A stretch of DNA of 64,000 nt, taken from NCBI GenBank assembly GCA_000165345.1, contig CM000435.1, positions 1,056,001 through 1,120,000 on the forward strand, written 5' to 3'. The notes beneath the pieces were generated by a model. The model did no database searches and was not told the DNA's origin. It saw only the letters and a list, made by a program, of their open reading frames with translations. Positions 32,990 through 43,772 of the stretch are shown in pieces. The position numbers were made by a program, and so were the translations under genes. How positions within the stretch are numbered: the first letter of the stretch is position 1; each line of letters begins with the position of its first letter.

Positions 32990-35854
32990 ATGGAAAACCT
33001 AGGCCCAACTGATGATAAGAATCATGTAAATGCTGGGAAGGGTCGAAGAGGAACAAGATTTTCTATAATATGGAGGAAGCCTGAAGAAGATAAGGAAAGA
33101 ACAAATGAAAAAAGAGAACACCATCGATTCTCGATCTGGAATCAAAAGCCATTAGGCGAAAAAAAAACAATAAACGCAAAAGCTTCGAATATTGATGCAA
33201 AGAATAACGTGGATAAAATTGGCGTTTTCTTGGGTAGAAATGAAGATGAACAAAGTATATGTACGAATCAATTAGAAGATGAAAAAAGCCAAAGGAATAT
33301 ATTCCAAAAACTAGGAAGTGACTTATTCTTTAAAAGGCCCAGCAAAGTTTTTGAAGAGAAGAAGGAAGAAGAAGAAGAGGAAGATGAATCTGAGACTTGG
33401 ATATATACAGTGTTTAGGTTTTTCTTCCCAGATTCCGCCCCACTATCCTGGCTCTTCTTTTTAGCATGTTCTTCTATTGCAGCATATGTCAATTATCTAA
33501 TAGATAACAATTTTTCTGTTAGTTCTGCTAAATGTGCAACAGTTATCTATTTTATGGATGTTGCAACGTATTTGTTCATGATGATTGTCAGGCTGATCAT
33601 TTTCAGGCTCATTTTGCCATGGTTATGTCCAGAGGGAAGAATATTTGCTGCTCTTTCTGGGACAGCAGATCCTGAACTTATTTACTGTTTATGGGCAGGT
33701 CAGATCAGTTTACTTTGGAAATTGCAGTTAACATTGAACAAAGAAGAAAATGGATATACTCTTCCTCTTTTAAATGATGATTCTGTTATTCCACTTCTCT
33801 CAGGATCCATAATTTTGAAGTCAAGATTAATGGTTTTAATTTTTGCTATTAGAAGACTTATTCTTGCATTCATAATGTTCTTCTTTATGCTTGACTTTAT
33901 TGGATCCATGTCAAAACTATTGGTGGGATTCCTTCTCAAATATCGATTCTTAAGGCTAATTAACTGCAATTGGACTAAACTGCGCCCTCATATTGTCGAA
34001 GGCCTTAGGATGATTCCAAACCAGAATAGTCGTTTTTTGTTAAGTAAATTCTCTTCAAAGAATCGTTCTAAAGAGAAACCAATGAATAAGGGAGATTCCA
34101 TTACTTTACCTTATTTTTTGACAGAAGAAGGAATTTCTCAAATAAAGAAGAAGAAATACCAAAATTGGTTGGCAGTTCAATTTGTTAAACAATACTCAGC
34201 TCTATTTTATTTAGATGATCAGTTTGTGGAGGTTAAAAATAAGAAAGATGCCAGAAAGTATGCAAAATTGTTATTTAATGATATGATAGAACATACAAAT
34301 GAAATTTTACTATTCATGGGGAAGTGGAAATATAGGCAAAAGGATAAAAATCACGCAAACTCAGAATTTGGTGAGGAAGCAGAACGCATGCATGCATTCG
34401 AAGCCAATGAGGCTAGAAGCGCCTCAGGAGAACATATTTTTAAAGCTTTAACTTCGATAAACATTCCATTATCTTCTCAAAATTCTTCCTGTTCAGTTTC
34501 ATCTTCTAGTGAAAATGAAAGAGAATCTATCTCAAATACTGAAATGCCAAAAAGTAATCATGACGATGAATCTGCGTGGGATACTTCCATAAAAATCAGT
34601 AATCCAACAATATATGAGTCCAAGATCAACCAGCCTGACTTTAAAAGCAAAGATAAGAAAAAAGAGGGGAAGAATGAAGAAGAGAAAACTGAGGAGAAGA
34701 AAATAAGTATTCTTCGTGCAGAAGAATTTAAGACAGTTCCAATTCAAGAAGATGAAAAGCTTATTCAACCATCAGTGTTTACTGGAGGGAAACAAAACTC
34801 TGATTTAAGAAAAGGAAAGAGATATAACTCATTTTTCCCAACAACTCCATATGGAGTCTTTAATTACAATGACTTTTGTTTGTTTGAGGAAGAAAATGAT
34901 AAGCCTTTGGCACTGAATTTAGATGTATTAAAGGTATTGTATGGAGAAAATGTAGAAGCATTTCTGAAGAAGATAGACCCAATTGGAAGAAAGGAGTACA
35001 ATGAGGATGATTGGGTTAGATTATTAGTAACTACATATGAAACGAGGAAAAAAATGATTAACACTTTAGAATCTCAGGAGGGAATTGCAAAGGTATTTAA
35101 ACGTATGGTCTCAATAGTACTTTGGTTCTTTTCATCTTTATTCATTCTAATAATAATTGGAATTAATGTAAATACTCTGGTTATTTCGGGTGCAGCAGTA
35201 GTCTCCTCAATCTCAGTTGCTTTAAATAGGCTTTATAGCAACTTTATAAGCTCTGTTATTTTTGTGGTTTTTGAAAATCCTTACAACCAAGGTGATAGAA
35301 TTCGAATTAATTGTGGTCCAATCATGACAGTTAGAAAGATCAAAACGTTTTGTACTATCTTTTCAACACTGGAATCAGTACCAATCATGTACCCTAATTA
35401 CTGGTTAATTGATCAAAGTATTTCAAATGAAAGTAGAGCAGTACAAAGTAGTCATATCCTAACTTTCTATATGTCAGACTTAACAAGTCCTTTTGTTTTT
35501 GATGCATTAACTAAATCAATAAAACAATACGCAGATGACAGACCAAGAGATTTTATTCCAAACTCAGTATATGTATATATTCACTCAATTCAACCGGGGC
35601 ACTTCATTGAAACAAGAGTCTCTTTTTCTAATGTTAACCCTTCATTTGAATGGGAAAAATTACTAGAGATTAGGACTCCCTTCTATCTATTCATTCTTCA
35701 TACATTAAGACAGCATGGAGTTGAATATTTCCTCCCAGAGAGTCGAGTTCTTTACAGTACATGGTCTGAGAGGGGAAAAAGAAGATCAAACCAAGCCTTT
35801 AAAGATCCTAGACCTTTAATTCCTAACAACTTGGCAAATACCAAAAAGTCTTAA
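32990..35854 (+). CDS. Mechanosensitive ion channel, MscS-like (MSL) family, 954 aa
   Basis: The C-terminal block LVISGAAVVSSISVALNRLYSNFISSVIFVVFENPYNQGDRIRINCGPIMTVRKIKTFCTIFSTLESVPIMYPNYWLIDQSISNESR matches the MscS pore and beta domain. There are several TM helices upstream of it. Confidence 0.7.
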   Translation: MENLGPTDDKNHVNAGKGRRGTRFSIIWRKPEEDKERTNEKREHHRFSIWNQKPLGEKKTINAKASNIDAKNNVDKIGVFLGRNEDEQSICTNQLEDEKSQRNIFQKLGSDLFFKRPSKVFEEKKEEEEEEDESETWIYTVFRFFFPDSAPLSWLFFLACSSIAAYVNYLIDNNFSVSSAKCATVIYFMDVATYLFMMIVRLIIFRLILPWLCPEGRIFAALSGTADPELIYCLWAGQISLLWKLQLTLNKEENGYTLPLLNDDSVIPLLSGSIILKSRLMVLIFAIRRLILAFIMFFFMLDFIGSMSKLLVGFLLKYRFLRLINCNWTKLRPHIVEGLRMIPNQNSRFLLSKFSSKNRSKEKPMNKGDSITLPYFLTEEGISQIKKKKYQNWLAVQFVKQYSALFYLDDQFVEVKNKKDARKYAKLLFNDMIEHTNEILLFMGKWKYRQKDKNHANSEFGEEAERMHAFEANEARSASGEHIFKALTSINIPLSSQNSSCSVSSSSENERESISNTEMPKSNHDDESAWDTSIKISNPTIYESKINQPDFKSKDKKKEGKNEEEKTEEKKISILRAEEFKTVPIQEDEKLIQPSVFTGGKQNSDLRKGKRYNSFFPTTPYGVFNYNDFCLFEEENDKPLALNLDVLKVLYGENVEAFLKKIDPIGRKEYNEDDWVRLLVTTYETRKKMINTLESQEGIAKVFKRMVSIVLWFFSSLFILIIIGINVNTLVISGAAVVSSISVALNRLYSNFISSVIFVVFENPYNQGDRIRINCGPIMTVRKIKTFCTIFSTLESVPIMYPNYWLIDQSISNESRAVQSSHILTFYMSDLTSPFVFDALTKSIKQYADDRPRDFIPNSVYVYIHSIQPGHFIETRVSFSNVNPSFEWEKLLEIRTPFYLFILHTLRQHGVEYFLPESRVLYSTWSERGKRRSNQAFKDPRPLIPNNLANTKKS

Positions 35855-36240
35855 TTAATGTGTGGCGAAATAATTACAACTATCATTCACGCGCCTTTCA
35901 TAGTTTTTTATTTTATCAATGCTCACACCGGTACTATGCATTAATTTATTACGATTGCATGTATCCACATTATGTGTATAATTGCATGTTTTGGCGCCTA
36001 AACCATTATTAATTTCTTTCTATAAATTAATAATTAATTTGGGGCCTAATAATTAATAAAAAATAATATAGGGATCAGGGAACAGAATTTTTTAGAGAAA
36101 AGAGTAAAATTAAATAATTTGCTTTCCTTATTAAATCAGATTAAGACACTTTTCAGATAAGAAAGTATATGTTTAGATCTTCAATTGTGTTTCAAATTCA
36201 AGAATAAATTTAAAGTTTTTAGATCTTTGTTGTGTTAAGA

Positions 36241-37047
36241 ATGTCAACTACAAATCCAACAGAAATTACTACTCAATGGGAGGATCAAATGGTTAAACGG
36301 GGAATATGGGCTCCAAGGGAACAAGAGAAGAAGAATGAAGAATTGTATAAAGAGAGAATTGATGCTTTGGAGTCTATTAATCTTTTTGAAAATGCAAAAC
36401 TAGAGAAACTTATTGATGTTGAGGTTGATAAAGACGAGAGTTTTGAAAAGGAACTTGTTGCGATACGAGCAAGAAGGTTGGCATCCTTGAAAAACAGAGC
36501 CGAAGAAAACTCCAGATTTGGAGAGTTATACTTTATAAGAAAACCAGATTTTGTGAAAGAAGTTACAGAAGCGTCAAAAGATAACACAACAGTTGTTGTC
36601 CACTTGTATAAGGAATCAAATGAGGATTGTCAAATCATAAATCGACTTTTATCTGAGACAATTGCAAAGGAATATGGTAAAATCAAATTTGTTAAGGGTA
36701 TTTCTAGTGATATTGTTCCAAACTATCCAGACAAATCATTACCGACAATGATTATATACAGAAATGGTACAAGTATTTCTCAAATCACAGGTAGTTCAAG
36801 CTTTAAAGATAAGAACAGGAAGATTACTATCAAGTCAATTTTAAAGTTGTTTGTTCAAAACAATGTTATTAAGAATAGTGAAATCACTGAGCATTCTAGA
36901 TTTGAGAAAGGCTCAGAATATTCCAATAATTACTCAAGTAGTGATGATTCTGATTCTGATGATGATAATAGAGACAATGGTAAATGCTATAGTTCCACAG
37001 TTTTTGATAAAATGCAGGATAGAATTAAATACTTACAAAAAATCTAA
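36241..37047 (+). CDS. Phosducin-like protein (thioredoxin-fold, PhLP family), 268 aa
   Basis: The ORF-track start at 36232 is GTG; the first ATG is at 36241. An N-terminal coiled coil, then VVVHLYKESNEDCQIINRLLSETIAKEYGKIKFVKGISSDIVPNYPDKSLPTMIIYRNG, the PhLP thioredoxin-like core. Confidence 0.7.
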   Translation: MSTTNPTEITTQWEDQMVKRGIWAPREQEKKNEELYKERIDALESINLFENAKLEKLIDVEVDKDESFEKELVAIRARRLASLKNRAEENSRFGELYFIRKPDFVKEVTEASKDNTTVVVHLYKESNEDCQIINRLLSETIAKEYGKIKFVKGISSDIVPNYPDKSLPTMIIYRNGTSISQITGSSSFKDKNRKITIKSILKLFVQNNVIKNSEITEHSRFEKGSEYSNNYSSSDDSDSDDDNRDNGKCYSSTVFDKMQDRIKYLQKI

Positions 37048-38123
37048 AAAGATTTCCAATCTTAAGGCCTGTTTTGCAGTAATCCTTTCTGTTGAGCTGG
37101 GATTTAATGAAGATATTATTAGTTCAAAGAAAGCTTTGTCTTCTTTATTGATAAGTTTTAACAAGTCCCAATTTGTTTTAAAAATAGGAAGAACTAGTCC
37201 AGATTCTGAAATTGAAGGTAAACTCTTTAAATAATCCAAGCTTGTTCCTAATGGAGTTCCAACTAATCTAAAAATACCAAATAGTTGGTCAATCTCATTC
37301 CTCCCATTAAACAACGCCTTTCCAGTTAGGAGCTCCAAAGCTATACATCCAAAGGACCACATATCGCTAGCAAATAGATCATTTGAATTTCTTGTCCCTA
37401 AAAGCCTTTCTGGACTTTTATATTTCAAATTTGTCAAAATCTGAAGTTGTAAAAAATTGAAAAAAAAAACAGTTAATTAGTCAAATTCAAGTATTTTTAT
37501 TGCATCTTTTCACTATTATTTGATATTACTCTATGCTCTCAGATTCGCCTTTTTAATTCAAATTACTATTGTTAGCTGTATTAAACTAAAAAACTTAAAA
37601 CAGTAATTTTCATCAAAAAATAATCCATCATTGAGCAATAAAATAACTATTTTGTTTGTAAATGACTTACCTTGTTGCATTCAATTATCTTATTATTGGT
37701 TTCAGTGGCCATTCCAAAGTCACAAATCTTGATATTGAAATCCTTACTTACTAAAATATTCTCAGGTTTCAAATCATTATGAGCAATTTTGAGGCTATGA
37801 ATATAATCAATTCCTTTTAATATACCAAACAATATCTTTTTCTTCATGAAAAAGTTATTAGCCTCTCCTTGAAGTATTATCTTTCTCAGATCTGCTGGAA
37901 AATATTCCAGGATTATCGTAAATAGTCCATTCTCGTTCATGAAAGAGCCATATGTCTCAACTACATGTTTCCCCCCAAGCTTTCTAAGCAAGGCCTCCTC
38001 TCTTTTTAAATCATCATTTTTCTCAACTGAATTTGCAGTTTTATTAACTATTAGCTTCCCTGATTCCGAATCTCTTAAAAGTTTGACTGTACCGAAAGTT
38101 CCCCCACCAATGAAAAAATCCAT
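37033..38123 (-). CDS. CDK-like (CMGC) serine/threonine protein kinase (two exons: 37671..38123 and 37033..37440), 287 aa
   Basis: Exon 1 holds IGGGTFGTV, HNDLKPENILV and DFGMA, and ends …IIECNK|GTAAGT. Exon 2 follows the acceptor …TTCAG and begins ILTNLKYKSPERLLG (the APE motif), so kinase subdomains VIII-XI continue in frame. The ORF-track 'M' of 37033..37437 is TTG. Confidence 0.7.
37534..37637 (-). ncRNA. Candidate box C/D snoRNA inside the kinase intron
   Basis: On the minus strand: 5'-TGCTC-aAUGAUGG…UGAUGA…CUGU…aauCUGA-GAGCA-3'. A 5-bp terminal stem (TGCTC/GAGCA) brackets a C-like box and a canonical D box. The intron is 230 nt, long for this genome. Confidence 0.3.
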
Positions 38124-38248
38124 TGGATACTTTCTTTCCTTCTCGTAGTCAAGATTTTAAACAAATACTTCAATCCATTACGATATTTCTCCTTGTCCTT
38201 TTTTCTGTGCTCATGCTTTTCAGAGACAATTATTTGATTTAGGCACAT

Positions 38249-38269
38249 GTTGGCGCCATGGCGCCAACC
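38249..38269. promoter_or_regulatory. Palindromic tandem E2F-like box GTTGGCGCCATGGCGCCAACC in a bidirectional promoter
   Basis: Read directly. It sits between the divergent kinase gene (start 38123) and the large gene (start 38299). The same GGCGCC/GGCGGGAA family recurs in most intergenic regions of the window. Confidence 0.45.
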
Positions 38270-38298
38270 ACGAGAAAATTGCAAATTACCTATAGATA

Positions 38299-41200
38299 AT
38301 GTCAGAAAAGGACAAAAGTGTCCATGCTAAGAATCAAATGAGCTCGGATGTGCTAAGGGTAAGGTATAGACGAGAGCTCAATTCCCTCTCTCTTGAACCT
38401 GAAACTCATCAGAGTTTTGACAGAAAAAGCCTTGCTATTTGGTTTTTTGAGTGGTATGATTCAAAAGGTAGAAGGCTTCCATATGGAAAAAATGACAAGA
38501 GATTGAATGAAATCCCAGAGGAAGAGCTGGAATTTTTGCATGGAATACTGAAAGAGCTCCCAGGAGATTTCCCAATGATCAGATACTCAGCTCTATGGTC
38601 CAAATGGTTATTTCCTAATGTTAATATTAGTCATTCTAGAAAATCCTTTGATTTTTGGTTGAAAATTATGAAAATTATGGAAGAAAAGTTCCCTACTGTT
38701 TATGTGAATGATCTGGATCCTCTTATTAAGCTTGTTTCTGATTATTTGGACTCTGCCTCACCTAATGAATTTGAACTATGTTACGTAGGAGTCAAACTCC
38801 TTAGGAAGCTCGTTTCCATGTATATTCCTCCAAGAAAAGGCTTTGGAATAGTATCTTCCCGCCTATTAGAGTCTTTTGGAAACTTTTATGTAAAAGAAGG
38901 CTTGGAAAGTCCCTTTTTTATGCAAATTAAAAATGAGATTGCACAACTTATTCAAATTTGTGTGAATGATAAGCATTTGCCATCCTTTCTATCTATTCTT
39001 AGGAATGAAGTTTTTGCTTTAACTGGAAACTCTAAACAAAAATCTTCTTCTAACTACACATTTGACTTTTATAAGGCATTAGTTGGCAAAGGTTCCAAAT
39101 TTGATTGTTTCATTCCTCTTATTATAAAGAAGATTCACGAGGTTGAAAGATCTAATTATAAAGAAACCCAGACTTCTAATAGTATTGGTGGTGATTATCT
39201 TCTATTCTTTCTCTATTTGAGCCTAAATCTGGAAGATTTGAAAGAATTCTATGAAAAGGCTAATTATGTTAATGAATGCTTTAACTTCTTTATTGGAGTC
39301 AATACTTTCAATATTAGAGAGTCTGATGACGAGTTTGGGAACAATTTTAAGCTTAGAATCTATGAATTAATCCTTGGGAAGCTTCAAGAAAGCATTCTTA
39401 GAGATACTTTAAATCCCAAAATCTGGAAAACTATAGAAAATTCTATTATTATCGATCCCATCAAATGTTTAGAATTCCTCCCAAAGATTTTTCTCTCTAG
39501 TAAGGATGAAAAACTTGTAATTCCCAAATCTGCAAAAGTTTCTCATAAATATTATATATATGGTCCTCTTGAAATTCTACTTGGCTTTATTTCAGGAGAA
39601 GATTTTTCTAGTCATATTATGGATTCATATATGCCAACTTCTGAAAGTTCATTCTCTTCCTCTCTTACTATTTGTATCACCAAGTACATTCTTACATTTA
39701 TAAAGCTTCATGACCTTCCATTATTCTTTAATTCTCTCTCGAAAGTTCTTTTGAAGAATATTAAGACAAAAGACCTTCATGAATTAGAAGCCATCTTTCT
39801 AAGTACTCAAGTTCTTCAAATTATTAAGTATAATATTGGTATTTCTATTCTTCCAGGTCAAACTTCTGATATTTTTGATTCATTCCTTGGATTTCTTAAG
39901 GGAAATTCTTCTAATTCACTCCTATATGAGTCTATCTCTACTTCCTGGATTGGAATCTTAATGATTTCTATTCCCTTATCTGAATCTTCTATTCCAATCT
40001 TAGAGGATGCTGCAATCCAAATACACCAATACATTAGTAATTCAAAAATTACTCAAACTACATGTATTTTGGGACTTATACATCTCTTGAGAAAGTTATT
40101 AACTTGGAATATTGAGCAAAAAAACGATCTACTTGAAATTCTTAACTTTTATTATGACAAGATTCTAACACAAAATTACCAAGAAAAACCTATACAAAAG
40201 GATTCAATTCATCCTTCATTCAATCTCTATTGTATGTTTGTACAATTAATTACTCTGATTACTAAGCTTAGAGATTTAGGAACTCTCAATCAAGATGATT
40301 TTAACAAGATTTTTGTTTTATATGGACTAATTTTAGATGGTTGTTCAAGTTTAATTCCAGATGATCATTCTTGGTCCATACGAATTAACAAAATTCTTAC
40401 CAAGTTTATCCTTCAAAATATTTCTTATTTAAAAGGTATTGAGAAATTTATCAAACATTACGTAGAAAGTAAAAATAAAGATAAATTCTCAGAATTTGGT
40501 TTGTTTACAAGATCTTTATATCAAGAATATATTCAAACCAATAATGTCTCAAACTCACTTTTTAGAAATCTGGTCCAGATTCCATATTTGACAAGTCTTA
40601 TGATATATTTGGCTTTACAGGAGTTGGATAGCTTTATAGAAACTGGTAGGAATAAAAGAAGAAGATTAAACTTTGATCAATCCTCTCAAGAACTTGGTTT
40701 CTCTATGTCTCATGATTTACAGATGATTGATTTTTGGAATCGAAAAGATCTTGTGACTTACTTCATTAATAATAGGACTGAATTATTACTTGGAGACATA
40801 TTTTCAGAAATTTCTAGTTTATACCTAAAATTAGTTTTTGAAATTGATTATGTCTCAGGCTCAAAAAATGATCATTCTTCCTCATTACATCTTCTTGAAA
40901 AAGCTGTCGAAGGAATATTGAGATGGATTAATATAGAAAGCGAGATTGGAGCAAATGATTTTGTAATTAAATTCTCTAAAGCCATTTTTAGTCCTGAAAA
41001 TGAAGAAAACAAGACAAATTTATTAGTTAAGTTCTTAGAATTAATTAAAGTTGTCGAAACAAATACCAAATTATCTCAAAATCTGAATGTTATTCTAAGA
41101 AAATCAGTCAATAATGCTTTTGAATCTGAAGAAGATTCAAAAAAAACTGGTGATTTTGTAATAAGTCAAATGGAATCTTTGGATTGGTGGTGGTGGTTGA

Positions 41201-43113
41201 ACATTAAAGACAATTTCGAAGGTCTTTTAACTCAAAATATGTCTTGGGTTAATCAAATACAATTATCCATAGATTTATGCTCGGAAAATAGTTTTAAATC
41301 AATGAAAGAGAGAATTGTGGGAAATATTGACATTTTTCAGACTCTTAATGGATTGAAACATAAACTAAAAGTTAAGAAAAAAATGGAATTGCTTTACTCT
41401 ACAAAGATTTGTGAACTTTATCTAAAAGCTGATCCTAATATTCAGAGATGGAATTTGAATTATGAGGAAATAATTGATGGAGAATTGGATGAGACACACA
41501 AGAATTTGCCTTTATTAAAAATTAAAACTGTAATTGACATTTTGGGTGATCTTTTAAAAAAGATTCAAAAAGTTATTGATGATCCTGAAAAGAAAAAGTA
41601 TCTTATAAACGAAGTTTTTACTCTGATTGATTTGATCATTAGTTATTTGAAACAGGTAATCCAAATTATTAATAAAATAATATCAGAATTGAAAAAGAAC
41701 CAAGTAGAAATGAAGCTTTGTTTTGGATTATTAGAAAAGACTTACTCTGAAACTTTTAAGTTAATTTTGGAACTTATTAGAATAAATCTTGAATTTGGAA
41801 TATATGGGATAAACCAATATAATTATGATTTACCAAATTTTAAAAATCATCAAAAAACTGTCTCGGAATGGAGTAGATATATTGTCAAATGTATTTTGGA
41901 AGGAAGTTCAATAAGAAAAGAAGACTATAGTCATTCATTTCAAATTTATAGACAAATGGATATTTATGAGATAGTTTCAATATTAATAAATGGTTCAATA
42001 ACCAGTCTTATAAACTATGCAATTAATGAAACAATGGTCAAAGTTGATTTTTCCAAAGAAGAGAACTTATTTGTATTATTAAGTTACTTGGATTTATTTT
42101 GGGGAGTAATTCGTAACAAAGGTCAGATTTATAGATGTTTATCTCCTTGTTTAAAAGGAGGATTATTTTCTAAGATTTCAACATGGGGAGCTTCAGATAA
42201 ATTAGAATTTAGTTTTGAAATAGTGATTTCAAAATTGATAGATTCTATAGAAAGAAGACAATCAAATATAAGGAATGAATATATTTTATATACTTTTTCA
42301 TTTATCAGACTAAGTAATATTATTTCAATTTTATATTCATGTTGTATTGGATGTTATATAGAAAGTATTAAAGAAAATCCAAGGTTAAGTCTAAATAATA
42401 GCCGAATAATTCCCATTTCTAATATGTTATTAGTAATTTCATCAAGACTTTCAAGTATTGGTCTTGGATTAAGATTGGATGATCTGGAGGAAGTTATAAG
42501 AAAGGAAAGAATAGATGATAATACAAGAGAATCATTTTATTTGGCTTTATTTGAATGTATCACAATAAGTCCTTATATACCTTTATATACTTTGTTAAAT
42601 CCTCTTTGGGATCAATCAAGTAGAAAAAAGAATAGAAATCAAATGAGTACAGGTCATTTGGATGTTTGGATTTCTCAATTTCACTTAATAGAGGAGAATT
42701 TAAAGAATTTGGTGAATTTAGGAGATCAGATAAGTCAACATCCTTTAGGACTTAACCTTTATACTCTTCATAACAAGAGGATAAGCAGATTATATCCTCT
42801 AATAGTTTCTCAAATAACTAAGAATAAAGTTCAGAGATATTCAATATCTCTTGCTTGCGATTTAATTAACTATATAAATATAATAAATAAGAGACTAGAA
42901 TTAGTGGATGAGGATGAAGAACATTTGAGAGAAATTATTAATATAAATGCTCAAATTATCAAGAATTCGTGTTTGAATCCAATTTTATCAGTTATTGATG
43001 ATCATTGTAAACAGAGTTTATTCACAATGTTAAAGGATGAGCAGAGAATCATTTTCAAACAAATAAACAAAAAGAATTCTGAGCTTTTATCATTTAGTAA
43101 ATTAGAAGGTTAG
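38299..43113 (+). CDS. Large alpha-helical (HEAT/ARM-like) hypothetical protein, 1604 aa
   Basis: ATG checked. Uninterrupted 4.8-kb ORF. A palindromic tandem E2F-like site lies 30-50 bp upstream. No family recognised. Confidence 0.65.
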   Translation: MSEKDKSVHAKNQMSSDVLRVRYRRELNSLSLEPETHQSFDRKSLAIWFFEWYDSKGRRLPYGKNDKRLNEIPEEELEFLHGILKELPGDFPMIRYSALWSKWLFPNVNISHSRKSFDFWLKIMKIMEEKFPTVYVNDLDPLIKLVSDYLDSASPNEFELCYVGVKLLRKLVSMYIPPRKGFGIVSSRLLESFGNFYVKEGLESPFFMQIKNEIAQLIQICVNDKHLPSFLSILRNEVFALTGNSKQKSSSNYTFDFYKALVGKGSKFDCFIPLIIKKIHEVERSNYKETQTSNSIGGDYLLFFLYLSLNLEDLKEFYEKANYVNECFNFFIGVNTFNIRESDDEFGNNFKLRIYELILGKLQESILRDTLNPKIWKTIENSIIIDPIKCLEFLPKIFLSSKDEKLVIPKSAKVSHKYYIYGPLEILLGFISGEDFSSHIMDSYMPTSESSFSSSLTICITKYILTFIKLHDLPLFFNSLSKVLLKNIKTKDLHELEAIFLSTQVLQIIKYNIGISILPGQTSDIFDSFLGFLKGNSSNSLLYESISTSWIGILMISIPLSESSIPILEDAAIQIHQYISNSKITQTTCILGLIHLLRKLLTWNIEQKNDLLEILNFYYDKILTQNYQEKPIQKDSIHPSFNLYCMFVQLITLITKLRDLGTLNQDDFNKIFVLYGLILDGCSSLIPDDHSWSIRINKILTKFILQNISYLKGIEKFIKHYVESKNKDKFSEFGLFTRSLYQEYIQTNNVSNSLFRNLVQIPYLTSLMIYLALQELDSFIETGRNKRRRLNFDQSSQELGFSMSHDLQMIDFWNRKDLVTYFINNRTELLLGDIFSEISSLYLKLVFEIDYVSGSKNDHSSSLHLLEKAVEGILRWINIESEIGANDFVIKFSKAIFSPENEENKTNLLVKFLELIKVVETNTKLSQNLNVILRKSVNNAFESEEDSKKTGDFVISQMESLDWWWWLNIKDNFEGLLTQNMSWVNQIQLSIDLCSENSFKSMKERIVGNIDIFQTLNGLKHKLKVKKKMELLYSTKICELYLKADPNIQRWNLNYEEIIDGELDETHKNLPLLKIKTVIDILGDLLKKIQKVIDDPEKKKYLINEVFTLIDLIISYLKQVIQIINKIISELKKNQVEMKLCFGLLEKTYSETFKLILELIRINLEFGIYGINQYNYDLPNFKNHQKTVSEWSRYIVKCILEGSSIRKEDYSHSFQIYRQMDIYEIVSILINGSITSLINYAINETMVKVDFSKEENLFVLLSYLDLFWGVIRNKGQIYRCLSPCLKGGLFSKISTWGASDKLEFSFEIVISKLIDSIERRQSNIRNEYILYTFSFIRLSNIISILYSCCIGCYIESIKENPRLSLNNSRIIPISNMLLVISSRLSSIGLGLRLDDLEEVIRKERIDDNTRESFYLALFECITISPYIPLYTLLNPLWDQSSRKKNRNQMSTGHLDVWISQFHLIEENLKNLVNLGDQISQHPLGLNLYTLHNKRISRLYPLIVSQITKNKVQRYSISLACDLINYINIINKRLELVDEDEEHLREIININAQIIKNSCLNPILSVIDDHCKQSLFTMLKDEQRIIFKQINKKNSELLSFSKLEG

Positions 43114-43201
43114 AGATTATTCAAAATATAATAATAGGAAATTATAATAAATGACCAATTTAATATTAACTTTTTTAATATTCTATTTATAGTTAAAAAT
43201 A

Positions 43202-43772
43202 TTAATTTTCTTCATCCTTTGAAAGATCATCTTCAAGAAGATCTTTTGAAATGAATTGCTTGAGATAATCCCAATATTTAATTCGATCCTCTCCAACTAG
43301 AGAGCCATCAAGTTTTGGACATATAATATCTTTACTATTTGATTTACAAAGCATAAAAACTTCATTTTCCCCACATTCTGGGAAACCATGTTTGTCATAT
43401 ATATTAATCTGAAATTAGGAAAGAATGGAATTAAGCCGATTCCAGGATTAGTTTAAGGATAAAAAAGAATAGAGTAGGTTATAAAAACTTACGGGAGGTC
43501 CTCTTCTTAGTAAAGATTTTTGTTCTTTAAGGCATTTAGTTTCAGTAACTGAATCACAGTATCTCTTAAATTGAGTCTTTTTCAAAGTTGTAATACATTC
43601 AAAACAAAATCTATATAAAATTGATTAGGGAAAGTATGATAAGAAAAGTTAAGAATTAAATAGACAAAAGAAATTTTACTTACAATGACTTAAACCATTC
43701 TGAATCTGAAGAGGTTTTATAGTCAACAGAATTAATTTCATCCAAATCAGCAAAGCAAATTAGGCACTCCAT
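43202..43772 (-). CDS. Three-exon gene for a small CxxC…CxxC zinc-ribbon-like protein (137 aa). Exons 43684..43772, 43493..43610 and 43202..43408
   Basis: It is absent from the ORF track. ATG at 43770-43772 follows an in-frame TAA. Donors TT|GTAAGT and CCC|GTAAGT, acceptors TATATAG| and TTTCAG|, with phases consistent. Product: MECLICFADLDEINSVDYKTSSDSEWFKSLFCFECITTLKK…INIYDKHGFPECGENEVFMLCKSNSKDIICPKL…DEEN*. Confidence 0.5.
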
